DNA of 64,000 nucleotides from a virus (lineage: Duplodnaviria; Heunggongvirae; Uroviricota; Caudoviricetes). Positions 1 through 9,201 of this stretch are shown in pieces. Each line of letters opens with the position of its first letter. Positions within the stretch are counted from its first letter, which is position 1. The translations under genes were made by a program, and so were the position numbers. Below the pieces are notes generated by a model. The model had not been told where the DNA came from. It did not search any database and was given only the letters and a program-made list of their open reading frames with translations. Where the stretch lies: IMG/VR virus record IMGVR_UViG_2541047857_000009; one strand, 5' to 3'.

Positions 1-47
1 GCGCTGAGCAATGCAGAGGCGATAACTACAGCTGCTAATTTTTTCAT
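1..47 (-). CDS. Partial CDS, N-terminus of a signal-peptide protein (continues beyond window start)
   Basis: Reverse strand reads MKKLAAVVIASALLSA from ATG at 47..45; SD-like GGGAAG upstream. Confidence 0.35.
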   Translation of the reverse strand, partial: MKKLAAVVIASALLS

Positions 48-82
48 CTTCCCATCCCAGAGTAATTACTGTGTAAATTTTG

Positions 83-781
83 TTATGCGAATCTTTTATA
101 ATCGACTGACTGTCTCAGCAGTACTTTAGCCATGACGTAGAACGCGTCCTCATCTTCAGGCTCGACGTACCATTTTTCGTAAATCGGGTTATCGGATATT
201 ACTGCCAGCCTGTCTCGCTGCATCTGCAGGCGCTTAACGTGCAGTGTCTTCCCAAATACAAAGACGTATACACCGTCACCATCAAAGTGCGTAACACCGG
301 TATCAACGAAGATCTGATCACCTGGTGAAATAGTGCCGTCCATGCTGTCACCATTAACTGTGATCACTTTGACATGCGCAGCTGGACGATTGCCGAACAA
401 GGCTCGCGCCTGCTCAGTCGTGTATTCAATGGCTCGGATAGTTTCAATGAAATCGCTGGTGACAATGCTGCCCGGCCCAGCGCTGGCTTTAACGTCGAGT
501 ACATCCACGCGGTAAATCCCATTCAGTGACGGCTTAACCTGGTATAGCGCAGACGGTTCTCTTGCGCTACTTGAAGCCATTTCCCCTTCACCAGTAGACA
601 GCCACTCCGGCCGCACACCCAGAACAGAGGCAATCTCAACAGTTTTACGGGAGCCGTTCGCTTCCTTGAGTAGCTTATTGACGCTGGACTGAGCCATGCC
701 GACATCTTTGGCTAACCGGCCCTGTGTATATCCAGCATATTTCATTGCCTGCGCCAGGCGCTCCGAGAATCCCATATTCAC
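83..781 (-). CDS. cI: CI-like repressor (HTH plus LexA/S24 autopeptidase domain)
   Basis: N-terminal HTH region (QSSVNKLL); C-terminal S24 fold with GDSM and K dyad; divergent from cro-like gene. Confidence 0.85.
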   Translation of the reverse strand: MNMGFSERLAQAMKYAGYTQGRLAKDVGMAQSSVNKLLKEANGSRKTVEIASVLGVRPEWLSTGEGEMASSSAREPSALYQVKPSLNGIYRVDVLDVKASAGPGSIVTSDFIETIRAIEYTTEQARALFGNRPAAHVKVITVNGDSMDGTISPGDQIFVDTGVTHFDGDGVYVFVFGKTLHVKRLQMQRDRLAVISDNPIYEKWYVEPEDEDAFYVMAKVLLRQSVDYKRFA

Positions 782-806
782 CTCTGTTAATGACTCCTTT
801 AACTCT

Positions 807-847
807 ATCGCTCAAGCGATTATTTAGCAAAAAATCGCCTATGCGAT
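807..847. promoter_or_regulatory. Operator palindromes in cI-cro intergenic region
   Basis: ATCGCTCAAGCGAT (807-820) and ATCGCCTATGCGAT (834-847) share ATCGC half-sites; a third partial site near 873. Confidence 0.55.
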
Positions 848-875
848 TGACATTCGCTAAAGTGATAACCATAAT
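847..875 (+). promoter_or_regulatory. PR-like promoter for cro
   Basis: TTGACA (847-852), 17-bp spacer, CATAAT (870-875), overlapping the operators. Confidence 0.5.
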
Positions 876-902
876 CGCTTTAAACTGATAGCTGAGGTGA
901 TT

Positions 903-1154
903 ATGAAGACCCCAACAGTAGAGAAGAACTCCGCAGTAGAGAAAGCGATTGCCATCGCTGGCAGCCAGAAAGAACTGGCAAAACGTTGCGGTAAAGCCCA
1001 GTCCACTATCTGCGACTGGCTTAACGGAAAGAAACGCATCTCCCCAGTTCACGTTCCTGAGCTGGTGAAAGCGGTTGGTGGTGAAATCCAGGCTCATGAA
1101 TTCCGCCCGGACCTGCCTTCCATCTTTCCACACCCTGACAACCATGCCGCTTAA
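903..1154 (+). CDS. cro: Cro/YdaS-like HTH regulator
   Basis: Small HTH protein (SQKELAKRCGKAQSTICDWLNG) divergent from cI; GAGG SD before ATG 903. Confidence 0.75.
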   Translation: MKTPTVEKNSAVEKAIAIAGSQKELAKRCGKAQSTICDWLNGKKRISPVHVPELVKAVGGEIQAHEFRPDLPSIFPHPDNHAA

Positions 1155-1183
1155 CGGCGGCCCTAACCACGAAAGGGAAAGCA

Positions 1184-1750
1184 ATGCATTCACTTGCGTA
1201 TCAACAGAGTACCGGACTTGAACAACGTCCGTTGATTTCGATTTATCAAAGTGTTCCGCGTAATAACCGTAAGCTAACTCGAATACGGGAGGCAGTTAAG
1301 GCCTGGCAAAAAGCTACGCCGGGCCAGTCTCAGGTTCACATTTCTCAGCTGGTTGCGAAAGAGTGGCTGGCGCGCGGCGGGAAGGGGTTGTTACTGGCAG
1401 GTTCTGAACACAACACGAAGCAGAACTTCTTCCGGATGATTAACGATCCGGGCCCGAAGAACGACAAGGGGTTGATGCTACTGATCCCCGTCATTATCGA
1501 CGTGATGGCGCGGGATAACGAGAAAGTGGCGAGAGAGTTCGGTCTGGTCGCAAAGACTGAGGCCGAACTGATAGCCGAGGCCATGAAAGAGTGCACTGAA
1601 GCGCATCAGGCGAAGTTACTTGGTCAGCCGATACAACGCCTTGAGAAAGAGGTGAGAGAAGCTGCTGAAGCACTTCTGCGCTTTCTGCCCACTGAATCAA
1701 TCGCCGCGGTGGTGACAAGTCTGGCCGCTATGGCGCCGGGAGTTATGTGA
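1184..1750 (+). CDS. CII-like / YdaT-like regulatory protein
   Basis: Position immediately after cro; 188 aa; family assignment from position and general resemblance only. Confidence 0.5.
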   Translation: MHSLAYQQSTGLEQRPLISIYQSVPRNNRKLTRIREAVKAWQKATPGQSQVHISQLVAKEWLARGGKGLLLAGSEHNTKQNFFRMINDPGPKNDKGLMLLIPVIIDVMARDNEKVAREFGLVAKTEAELIAEAMKECTEAHQAKLLGQPIQRLEKEVREAAEALLRFLPTESIAAVVTSLAAMAPGVM

Positions 1751-1986
1751 TGGGAAGTATCAAAAACGGCGAAAGCCAGTCTGCTCGAACAGAACTGGCC
1801 TTCAGATGCAAATCGTGTGCACTCATTGCAGGAGGAATAATGGCAAAAAATCCACGCTATTACCATACCGCTGTACATAAAAACATAACCCGCGACCGCT
1901 TCATCCGCTCGGTTAACCCGATTGTGGCAGAGAAGATGCGCGCCATCCTGGAAGAACTGAAACGTAAGGAGAGTGGCCGTGGGTAA
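1747..1986 (+). CDS. Hypothetical phage protein
   Basis: 79-aa ORF, start overlaps upstream stop (ATGA), co-directional in early operon. Confidence 0.45.
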   Translation: MMGSIKNGESQSARTELAFRCKSCALIAGGIMAKNPRYYHTAVHKNITRDRFIRSVNPIVAEKMRAILEELKRKESGRG

Positions 1987-2878
1987 CGTATCCAATTTAG
2001 CCGAAGCCAGAGAGGCCAGAAGGCTCCAGAAACCGCGCACGAATGACGGTAAGGGGTTTGCCTTGCTGCACCGTAAAATTATGGATGTGCCGTTCTACAA
2101 GGACGCTGAGGCGGCTCATTTATGGGTTCACCTGCTCCTGCGCGCTAATCATGAACAGACACTGGTATCGACTGATGTCGGCGATGTGATCTGCGAGCGC
2201 GGAGAGTTCATTACCGGGCGAAACACGCTGGCAATGGAAACGGGTTTGACCGCTGATCGCGTTAAATCACTGCTCCGTAAATTCCAGAACCTGGGCATGA
2301 TCACCACCAAATCGAACAACCGTTTTACTGTTCTAAAAGTGGTCAAATATGACGAATATCAGTCAAATTTTTGTCCAGCCGATGTCCAGCCAGTGTCCAG
2401 CGCAAACGCAGCTATATCAATGCCTGCGGAGGCGGAGTGTCCAGCCGATGTCCAGCCAGTGTCCACAGATAACAATATATTAAATAACTTACTACCTAAC
2501 GGTAGTAAGTATGTCGCAAATGACCAGAAACCCGCTGAAGAGAAAAAGTCCCGTTTGTCATGCGATGAAGTATGGCAATGCCTGAAAGACGAACTGCCTG
2601 AAGCCCGGGGATGGAGATGCCTCACTGATGAGCGACGCAATCTGATCCGCACCTTCTGGGGTAAGGCTAACAAAATTGCCCGCAACCTGGACGGCAAGCC
2701 GATGGATATGGACGGTTTCAGAAGCTATCTGCGCTACATCGCTCAGAACTGCCGCTGGATGCTTGAAGACCGACCAGACCAGAAATCCGGGAAGACCTGG
2801 CGCCGCATGAAATTCGATAAGTTCCTGACCGAAAAGCTCTACATCGAAGTGCGCGAAGGGGATCGTGATGACCGCTGA
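1979..2878 (+). CDS. Replication initiation protein (lambda O-like), contains origin iterons
   Basis: Position before helicase; internal direct DNA repeats; probable GTG start after AAGGAG (start uncertain, ORF opens at 1973). Confidence 0.7.
   Translation: MGNVSNLAEAREARRLQKPRTNDGKGFALLHRKIMDVPFYKDAEAAHLWVHLLLRANHEQTLVSTDVGDVICERGEFITGRNTLAMETGLTADRVKSLLRKFQNLGMITTKSNNRFTVLKVVKYDEYQSNFCPADVQPVSSANAAISMPAEAECPADVQPVSTDNNILNNLLPNGSKYVANDQKPAEEKKSRLSCDEVWQCLKDELPEARGWRCLTDERRNLIRTFWGKANKIARNLDGKPMDMDGFRSYLRYIAQNCRWMLEDRPDQKSGKTWRRMKFDKFLTEKLYIEVREGDRDDR
2372..2466. repeat. Iteron-like direct repeats (putative ori) inside initiator gene
   Basis: TGTCCAGCCGATGTCCAGCCAGTGTCCA occurs at 2372-2400 and 2438-2465; TGTCCAG sub-repeat six times. 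Confidence 0.7.
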
Positions 2879-4301
2879 TTTCATGGCTGTACCACAAAAC
2901 CTCGAAGCAGAGCAGAGCGTTATCGGTGGCCTGCTGCTGGATGATGACAACAGCGAGCGAGTCCAGAAGGTTCTGGCGATGCTCAAGCCTGAATCGTTCT
3001 ACAGCCGACCTCACCAGCTGATCTTTGCCGAGATGCGCCAGATGTTCCGCGACAACAAGCCAGTCGATGGTCTGACATTGTTCGACGCGCTCGAAGGCAA
3101 AGGGCTCGCGGAGCAGGTAGGTGGCTTTGCTTACCTGGCGGAGATCGCCAAGAACACTCCCAGCGCTGCAAACATCGTGGCATACGCTGCGTCAGTCCGG
3201 GAAGCCGCAATGGAGCGCTACGGTATCAGCCGCCTGACCGAAGCTACTGAGCTGCTGTATTCCCGCAATGGCATGAGCGCCACGCAGAAGTACGAGGCCA
3301 TTCAGGGTATTTTCACCCAGCTCGCAGACCATTCAAAAACCGGTAGTCGCCGTGGGTTGCGGTCGTTCGGCGAGGTTATGGATGACTGGGTAGCAGATCT
3401 GGAGAAACGCTTTGACCCTTCAGGCGAACAGCGCGGCATGAGCACCGGCATCCCGTCACTCGACCGGCTGCTGGCGCCGAAAGGTCTGGTTAAAGGCTCT
3501 CTGTTCGTGATTGGCGCAAGGCCAAAGATGGGCAAGACAACCCTGTACGGTCAGATGGCGATCAACTGCGCGGTTCGTGAGAAAAAGCCAGCGCTGATGT
3601 TCAGCCTCGAAATGCCGGGCGACCAGATCCTCGAAAAACTGGTTGGTCAGAGGTCTGGAGTTAACCCGAGCATTTTTTACATGCCAGCCACGGATGACGC
3701 CGATGACCAGTACCAGGGCGATTACGACGGCGACTTTAAGAAGGCGATCGCCACCGCCGGGCGATTGAGTGAAATCGACATGCTGTACATCGACGATACT
3801 CCTGGCCTGTCACTGGCGCACATCGTTAGCGAAAGCCGCCGAATCAAGCGCGAGAAGGGCTGCGTAGGAATGATTCTGGTTGACTACCTGACTCTAATGA
3901 CCGCCGAAAAAGCCGACCGTAATGACCTGGCCTACGGGATGATCACCAAAGGTCTGAAGAATCTCGCCAAAGAGCTTGGCTGCGTCGTCGTGCTGCTGAC
4001 CCAGCTCAACCGCGAACTGGAGAAGCGAGTGAATAAACGCCCGTTGCCGAGCGATTCCCGCGACACAGGGCAGATTGAGCAGGACTGCGACTACTGGGTT
4101 GGTATCCACCGGGAAGGTGCTTTCGATGACAGCGTGCCGCCGGGAGAAACCGAGTTAATCCTGAGACTCAACCGCCACGGCAGCACCGGAACGGTTTATT
4201 GCAATCAGATCAACGGGGCAATTTACGACACAGACCAGCAGGCCGCCGCCGCAGAACGCCGCGGGCGCGAGCAGCAGCCGAAAAAGAAAGGGGGCTTCTG
4301 A
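2868..4301 (+). CDS. Replicative DNA helicase, DnaB family
   Basis: DnaB N-terminal domain (QNLEAEQSVIGGLL), Walker A GARPKMGKTT, RecA-like core; GAAGGGG SD. Confidence 0.92.
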   Translation: MTADFMAVPQNLEAEQSVIGGLLLDDDNSERVQKVLAMLKPESFYSRPHQLIFAEMRQMFRDNKPVDGLTLFDALEGKGLAEQVGGFAYLAEIAKNTPSAANIVAYAASVREAAMERYGISRLTEATELLYSRNGMSATQKYEAIQGIFTQLADHSKTGSRRGLRSFGEVMDDWVADLEKRFDPSGEQRGMSTGIPSLDRLLAPKGLVKGSLFVIGARPKMGKTTLYGQMAINCAVREKKPALMFSLEMPGDQILEKLVGQRSGVNPSIFYMPATDDADDQYQGDYDGDFKKAIATAGRLSEIDMLYIDDTPGLSLAHIVSESRRIKREKGCVGMILVDYLTLMTAEKADRNDLAYGMITKGLKNLAKELGCVVVLLTQLNRELEKRVNKRPLPSDSRDTGQIEQDCDYWVGIHREGAFDDSVPPGETELILRLNRHGSTGTVYCNQINGAIYDTDQQAAAAERRGREQQPKKKGGF

Positions 4302-4600
4302 TGAAAGGCAAACAGGCAATTCTTCGTTATCTCGAAACGCACCGGACCTTCACTGCGAAGGATGTGGCCACAGAGTGTGGCATGACCATCAACTGCATCA
4401 CGAAGAACGCTATCGATCTGGAGCGGGCCCGGAAGATTGTGCGCGTGAGCAAGGTCTGGCGAACGGTGACTTATCGCCAGGCGACGCCGGAAGAGCAGGA
4501 CGGCACCGCGCGCAGCTGCACCAACGGAATATTTCAGGGGTGCCGGAACAGTCCTGCGATGAAGCGAGTATTGATGGTTTGGGGGAGGGAAGGGGTATGA
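4301..4600 (+). CDS. Hypothetical protein (start overlaps helicase stop)
   Basis: ATG at 4301 overlapping TGA; 99 aa; larger listed ORF 4199 begins inside helicase. Confidence 0.5.
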   Translation: MKGKQAILRYLETHRTFTAKDVATECGMTINCITKNAIDLERARKIVRVSKVWRTVTYRQATPEEQDGTARSCTNGIFQGCRNSPAMKRVLMVWGREGV

Positions 4601-4794
4601 AAATCGAAGATATCAAAAACGTTGCGGTGTTCTTCAATTTTAACGGTAAAACGGTGGCTTTGCGCATGGATCCTGAGCAGAAGCGAATCGTCGCATTAAT
4701 GGCGCTTAACACGGCTGATGCCCGGGCAGAACTGATTGAGGTGCCGCACATGACTTTACCAGCAGACCCAGCCATGCAGGAGGCCGCCCAATGA
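4598..4794 (+). CDS. Hypothetical small protein
   Basis: 65-aa ORF MKIEDIKN..., start overlaps previous stop. Confidence 0.45.
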
Positions 4795-5396
4795 GCAACA
4801 TCAACAAACAGGAGCTGCGTGAAGCGGCGGAGAGAGCAGAATCCGATAGTTGGGGTTATGATCGCGATGAATTCAATGAGGCTCTAACCCCGTCCACCGT
4901 GCTGGCACTGCTAGATGAGTTGGAAGCCAAAGATTCCATGATAGCAGCACAACAACATGAGATCCGTACGTTACTGAATGCGCTTGAGGGCAGACCATGC
5001 CCTAAATGCAACGACACAGGCATGGCTGATAGTGGCGGTACGCAACCCTGGGGCGAGCCAATAAGCGTTCCATGTGATTGCGCCGCCCCGCCATCGCCGG
5101 TAGCTGTGCCTGAAGGATACAGGTTGCAGCCAATTTCTGAATATGACGCAATGTGCGCCGCCATGCTTCAGGGTGCCGAAAACGCCGAGTCGCGCTGCAC
5201 CATCAAGACCGCGCCAGCACTGGATTCTTTGACAAAAAATGCCGAGTCGCGCTGCGGCAACTCTCCGGTGATTCAGGATGGTTGGGTGCTGGTGCCAGAA
5301 GAACCCACCCATGAAATGCTTGAGGCTGGTGATGAACAATTCGGAACTTACGATGTGTATCGCCGGATGATAGCAGCATCACCGCAGCAGAAGTGA
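4791..5396 (+). CDS. Ead/Ea22-like phage protein
   Basis: N-terminal coiled-coil-like region and Cys-containing C-terminus as in Ea22-like proteins; internal 15-bp repeat GCCGAGTCGCGCTGC twice. Confidence 0.55.
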   Translation: MSNINKQELREAAERAESDSWGYDRDEFNEALTPSTVLALLDELEAKDSMIAAQQHEIRTLLNALEGRPCPKCNDTGMADSGGTQPWGEPISVPCDCAAPPSPVAVPEGYRLQPISEYDAMCAAMLQGAENAESRCTIKTAPALDSLTKNAESRCGNSPVIQDGWVLVPEEPTHEMLEAGDEQFGTYDVYRRMIAASPQQK

Positions 5397-5429
5397 TCTA
5401 TAATCCCCTCAAATAACCGAGGGGGTTTT

Positions 5430-5612
5430 ATGTCTAACGAAGAAATGACTCCAGCAGAAAAATATAAAGCTTCAATGAAAAGACATAAAAAGTTCTGGAG
5501 TAAATCACAAATTGCAAATGCGAAACGGTTTGATGCTGGAGAGGTTGAATCTGTTGATGGTTTTAGATCTCCTTATGAGACCAGAAAGAAGAGAGGGAGG
5601 ACTGCTGACTAA
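5430..5612 (+). CDS. Hypothetical small basic protein
   Basis: 60-aa ORF with GGGGT SD-like sequence upstream. Confidence 0.4.
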   Translation: MSNEEMTPAEKYKASMKRHKKFWSKSQIANAKRFDAGEVESVDGFRSPYETRKKRGRTAD

Positions 5613-5866
5613 TGTCTGACTGGAACATTGCAGCAAAGCCGCAGGAAGAACGCGACAAGGTTAATGTTGACCTGGCAGCCTCCGGCGTGGCCTACAAAGA
5701 GCGCCTGAATATGCCGGTTATCGCCGAGCAGGTAGCTCGTGAGCAACCAGAGCATCTACGAGAGTATTTCATGGATCGCGTGCGGCACTATCGCGAGCAG
5801 AGCGTTGCATTGCCTAAGGCATCTGATCCTCGCTACATTGAAATGACTGAGCAAAATGCAAAATAA
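5612..5866 (+). CDS. Hypothetical protein
   Basis: 84-aa ORF, start overlaps previous stop. Confidence 0.45.
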   Translation: MSDWNIAAKPQEERDKVNVDLAASGVAYKERLNMPVIAEQVAREQPEHLREYFMDRVRHYREQSVALPKASDPRYIEMTEQNAK

Positions 5867-5882
5867 ATTTTAGGAGATTCAA

Positions 5883-6143
5883 ATGGAAAATAGCATGAGC
5901 ATCACAACGATTCTTGAAAGAGAAAGGGAGCTTGATGATCTTGTTAAGGTGTGCCTCGATGAGCTTGAGGTGATTGACATCCATGGACAGGTTTACTCAA
6001 TTCCTCTTTCCCACCTAACGAACGCAGAGCAGGTGGTACATTGGGTCTGGAAGATTGCTGAGAGAGGTGATTTCGCCATGGATGTTGTTCGTAAATTTAC
6101 TGAAGTTGCGTCCCATCATGTGGGGTTTGACGCTAAAAAATAA
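5883..6143 (+). CDS. Hypothetical protein (AT-rich)
   Basis: 86-aa ORF with AGGAGA SD; AT-rich relative to neighbours. Confidence 0.45.
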   Translation: MENSMSITTILERERELDDLVKVCLDELEVIDIHGQVYSIPLSHLTNAEQVVHWVWKIAERGDFAMDVVRKFTEVASHHVGFDAKK

Positions 6144-6261
6144 ATCGCCAAGGACCGATTTAATAGCTATACACATGTTTTACATTCCGCTCGCATCTTA
6201 ACCAAATCTTTCTTGGTATAATGATTTTTTACAGGCGAATGACGTGTGAGGTCCGGGATTT

Positions 6262-6459
6262 ATGACTTGTGAAGTATGTAACAAACAACCCCTTGGACGA
6301 AGGGACCCGCCTCTTCCATGCATGGTCTTGCAAGGCGATAAATCCGTTAACTTCAGCCATCACGGACGCGAAGCAAACGAGCGTTATTACAAATGCTCGG
6401 AATGCGGTCATGAGTGGATGAGAGAGACAGGAAATTGCGGCGAAGGCTGGATTCCTTAA
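6262..6459 (+). CDS. Small zinc-ribbon protein
   Basis: CEVC...C and CSECGHEW Cys pairs; TGGTATAAT extended -10 upstream near 6213. Confidence 0.5.
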   Translation: MTCEVCNKQPLGRRDPPLPCMVLQGDKSVNFSHHGREANERYYKCSECGHEWMRETGNCGEGWIP

Positions 6460-6537
6460 CTATATATTGTCGCTATTCGCAAATTGATTTTCTCAAATCA
6501 TCCCGCCATAATTAAGTCGCAGTCGGCCTGAACACCC

Positions 6538-6635
6538 GATTGTGACTTCTGCGCATTTAAGGGGACTTAAATGCGACCACAATCTGAAATCCTCACCTTG
6601 TCACAGATGCAGAAATGCACCTGCGATTTTCTGCA
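6538..6635. promoter_or_regulatory. Two palindromic elements upstream of ninB (terminator or operator candidate)
   Basis: 10-bp inverted repeat CGCATTTAAG/CTTAAATGCG (6552-6575) nested in GATTGTG/CACAATC; second IR TGCAGAAA/TTTCTGCA (6608-6635). Confidence 0.5.
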
Positions 6636-6662
6636 TTCTGCGGTTTCCGTTAAGGAGGCCGT

Positions 6663-7118
6663 ATGACTCTTCCAGTAGACGGCATCAAGCTCCATCGCGG
6701 CAACTTCGCAGCCATCGGTCAGCAGATTCAGCCCTTGCTTGATGCCGGGCAATGCTTTCGCCTTCAGGTTAAGCCGTGGCGCGAGAAGCGCAGCCTGTCG
6801 CAGAACGCTCTCAGCCACATGTGGTACACGGAAATCAGCGAATGCCTCATCACCCGCGGCAAGACCTTCGCTACGCCTGAATGGGTCAAAGACGCGATGA
6901 AGCACACCTATCTCGGCTACGAAAGCAAGGACAGGGTAGACGTCGTGTCCGGAGAGGTAACCACGGTCCAATCCCTCCGCCATACGTCAGAGCTGGAAAC
7001 CGGCGAGATGTACATCTTCCTGTGCAAAGTCGAAGCCTGGGCGATGAATATTGGATGCCACCTGACCATTCCGCAGAGCTGCGAGTACCAGCAGCTGCGC
7101 GATAAGCAGGAGGCCTGA
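6663..7118 (+). CDS. ninB: NinB (Orf) recombination protein
   Basis: SLSQNALSHMWYTEISE motif typical of NinB; TAAGGAGG SD; position in nin region. Confidence 0.85.
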   Translation: MTLPVDGIKLHRGNFAAIGQQIQPLLDAGQCFRLQVKPWREKRSLSQNALSHMWYTEISECLITRGKTFATPEWVKDAMKHTYLGYESKDRVDVVSGEVTTVQSLRHTSELETGEMYIFLCKVEAWAMNIGCHLTIPQSCEYQQLRDKQEA

Positions 7119-7288
7119 TGTCTACTCCACTTTCCCGCGTCATCACCAACGAAATCTTCCGCGTTCCGGCGCGCCGCAAGCGTAAGCCAGCGGTTAAGCC
7201 GTCCGACATCCCGACTTTCAAGGACTACACCGCCCGCCTGGTCGATCAGAAATGGCTGCGTCTCGCGGCGAGGAGAGCGCATGGCTAA
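7118..7288 (+). CDS. ninE: NinE-like protein (56 aa)
   Basis: Own translation MSTPLSRVITNEIFRVPARRKRKP...[11 protein letters not shown] resembles NinE; not in ORF track because under 60 aa. Confidence 0.6.
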   Translation: MSTPLSRVITNEIFRVPARRKRKPAVKPSDIPTFKDYTARLVDQKWLRLAARRAHG

Positions 7289-7571
7289 TTTATGCAAAGC
7301 CGCACGCGGCCGCGAATGTCAGGTGCGGATCCCCGGCGTCTGTAATGGAAATCCTGAAACAACTGTACTGGCGCATATTCGGCTTGCTGGTCTGTGTGGT
7401 ACGGGAATCAAGCCGCCTGACCTGATCGCCACAATCGCATGCAGCAGCTGCCACGACGAGATTGATCGACGCACCCGTCTGGTCGATGCGGAATATGCAA
7501 AGGAGTGCGCGCTGGAGGGCATGGCCCGCACGCAGGTTATCTGGCTGAAAGAGGGGCTCGTGAAATCATGA
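7281..7571 (+). CDS. DUF1364 / YbcO-like putative nuclease
   Basis: Cys-rich motif [11 protein letters not shown]...CSSCHDEID; position between ninE and rusA as in DLP12-type nin regions. Confidence 0.7.
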   Translation: MANLCKAARGRECQVRIPGVCNGNPETTVLAHIRLAGLCGTGIKPPDLIATIACSSCHDEIDRRTRLVDAEYAKECALEGMARTQVIWLKEGLVKS

Positions 7572-7930
7572 ACCAATACCGTATCTCATTGCCATGGCCG
7601 CCGAGCAACAACCGCTACTACCGGCATAACCGCGGGCGCACGCATATCAGCGTAGAAGGGCAGGCGTACCGCGACAGTGTCGCCAGAATCATCAAAGACT
7701 CAATGCTGGATATCGGCCTGTCCACGCCGGTGAAAATTCGCATCGAGTGCCACATGCCGGATCGCCGCCGCCGTGACCTGGACAACCTGCAAAAGGCAGC
7801 GTTCGACGCGCTGACTAAATCAGGGTTCTGGCTCGATGACCAGCAGGTTGATTACTACAGCGTGAAGAGAATGCCTGTCGTCAAAGGCGGAAAGCTTGAA
7901 CTGACAATCACTGAACTGGAGGCAGCATGA
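7568..7930 (+). CDS. rusA: RusA Holliday junction resolvase
   Basis: [11 protein letters not shown] and [14 protein letters not shown] motifs; near-identical to my recollection of E. coli RusA. Confidence 0.9.
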   Translation: MNQYRISLPWPPSNNRYYRHNRGRTHISVEGQAYRDSVARIIKDSMLDIGLSTPVKIRIECHMPDRRRRDLDNLQKAAFDALTKSGFWLDDQQVDYYSVKRMPVVKGGKLELTITELEAA

Positions 7931-8063
7931 AGCCAGAAGCGCTCGAGATAATCCGCACTCGTTGGCAGCGACTCCGTATTTACCGCCGCCCTGGATCCGT
8001 GCTGGTTGACTACCGAATCCTTCGAAACTTCGTCCGCATTTATCATCAAGCAGGAGCCACACA

Positions 8064-8753
8064 ATGAACAGTCAGCAACTGGAATACGTACGTCAGCAGC
8101 TCATTGTGGCGACCGCCGATCTGAGCGGGGCGACGAAAGGCCAACTGGTAGCTTTCGCCGAGAACGCGCAATTCACCGCTACAGCGCGTAGCCGGGGCCG
8201 GAAGAAAGTTTATGATGTGCAGAAAAAGCGCATGGTTAACCCTGATAGTCCGCCGATGAGCGGCAGCCAGTCCCGCGCCAAGGGATCGTCAATCGCTCTG
8301 GTGTGCCCGGTAGAGTTCATGACAGCATCATGGCGCCGCGCTGTCTTGTCTCTTGACGACCATCAGAAAGCGTGGCTGCTGTGGAACTACAGTGAGAACA
8401 TCCGCTTCGAGTACCAGGTGGCGATCACCCATTGGGCGTGGTCAGAATTCCGGGAGCAACTTGGCGCGAAGAAGGTGGCTGGCAAGACGATGGAGCGCCT
8501 GAAGAAGCTTATATGGCTGGCGGCGCAGGACGTTAAAGCGGAGCTGGCGGGGCGCGAGACGTACGAATATCAGGCGCTGGCGGAACTAGCGGGTGTTGCA
8601 AAATCAACCTGGACAGAGACGTATCTGCCTCACTGGCTGGCAATGCGTAACAGCTTTAAGCGACTCGATAGCGGTGCGCTTATCTCAGTAACGCGATCAC
8701 GTTCACAACAAAAGGCGACAAATTTGGATGTAAGTCTTGCAAAACCGAACTGA
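8064..8753 (+). CDS. Late-gene antiterminator Q-like protein
   Basis: Position after rusA and immediately before late terminator, tRNA and lysis genes; 229 aa. Confidence 0.6.
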   Translation: MNSQQLEYVRQQLIVATADLSGATKGQLVAFAENAQFTATARSRGRKKVYDVQKKRMVNPDSPPMSGSQSRAKGSSIALVCPVEFMTASWRRAVLSLDDHQKAWLLWNYSENIRFEYQVAITHWAWSEFREQLGAKKVAGKTMERLKKLIWLAAQDVKAELAGRETYEYQALAELAGVAKSTWTETYLPHWLAMRNSFKRLDSGALISVTRSRSQQKATNLDVSLAKPN

Positions 8754-8819
8754 AACGCATATATTTCATGTAAATATGATATCGTCGCCATAGCTTTGAT
8801 TGTCGACTGAATATAAAAA

Positions 8820-8845
8820 CCTCGCCACCGTGCGGGGTTTTGTCG
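8820..8845 (+). terminator. tR'-like intrinsic terminator downstream of Q
   Basis: CCTCGC-CACCGT-GCGGGG hairpin followed by TTTTGTCGTTT. Confidence 0.6.
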
Positions 8846-8859
8846 TTTCTGGAGCCAAC

Positions 8860-9186
8860 ATGTCCGAGAAAATCACAGAGCAATTGGTCTTTCGCCCTGC
8901 CAGTGAAAAACTGACAAAGGATCTGGATGGTGAGTGGGTGATTCTGCTCAATCCATGCGATGGCTGGCATATTGCCCATGTGGTGGCGCTGGAAGAGGAT
9001 GGCGAGGTCTACCATGTCGGAGCATATCAATTTGCAGGCGGCGAGTTCGAGCCGCACGAATTTTATGTTGCCTGGGCTTTGCTTCCAGACTCAATAAAAC
9101 TGTCTGATCGCTTTGAAGATCAGAGGATGAGTCAAGAAATTAGAGACGCTCGCTGGCGTGAATGGACAGCCAGCATCAATAAGTGA
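8860..9186 (+). CDS. Hypothetical protein, first late-region ORF
   Basis: ATG 8860 with GGAG SD; listed ORF 8800 start lies inside the terminator. Confidence 0.45.
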   Translation: MSEKITEQLVFRPASEKLTKDLDGEWVILLNPCDGWHIAHVVALEEDGEVYHVGAYQFAGGEFEPHEFYVAWALLPDSIKLSDRFEDQRMSQEIRDARWREWTASINK

Positions 9187-9201
9187 TTTCAAACCAAATT
9201 C

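Noticed and set aside
903-1750. Cro-like plus CII/YdaT-like pairs (here and at 46687-47338) as YdaS/YdaT toxin-antitoxin modules
   Set aside because: Their position immediately divergent from cI and upstream of the replication genes fits Cro and CII-like regulators of the immunity switch; no sequence-level evidence of a toxin.
4199-4600. Long form of the ORF starting at 4199 (133 aa)
   Set aside because: Its first 34 codons lie inside the helicase gene in another frame; ATG at 4301 overlapping the helicase stop is the more plausible start.
6542-6983. ORFs 6542..6742 (+) and 6567..6983 (-) around the ninB leader
   Set aside because: They overlap the palindromic leader and ninB itself; the region is better explained as regulatory DNA plus ninB.
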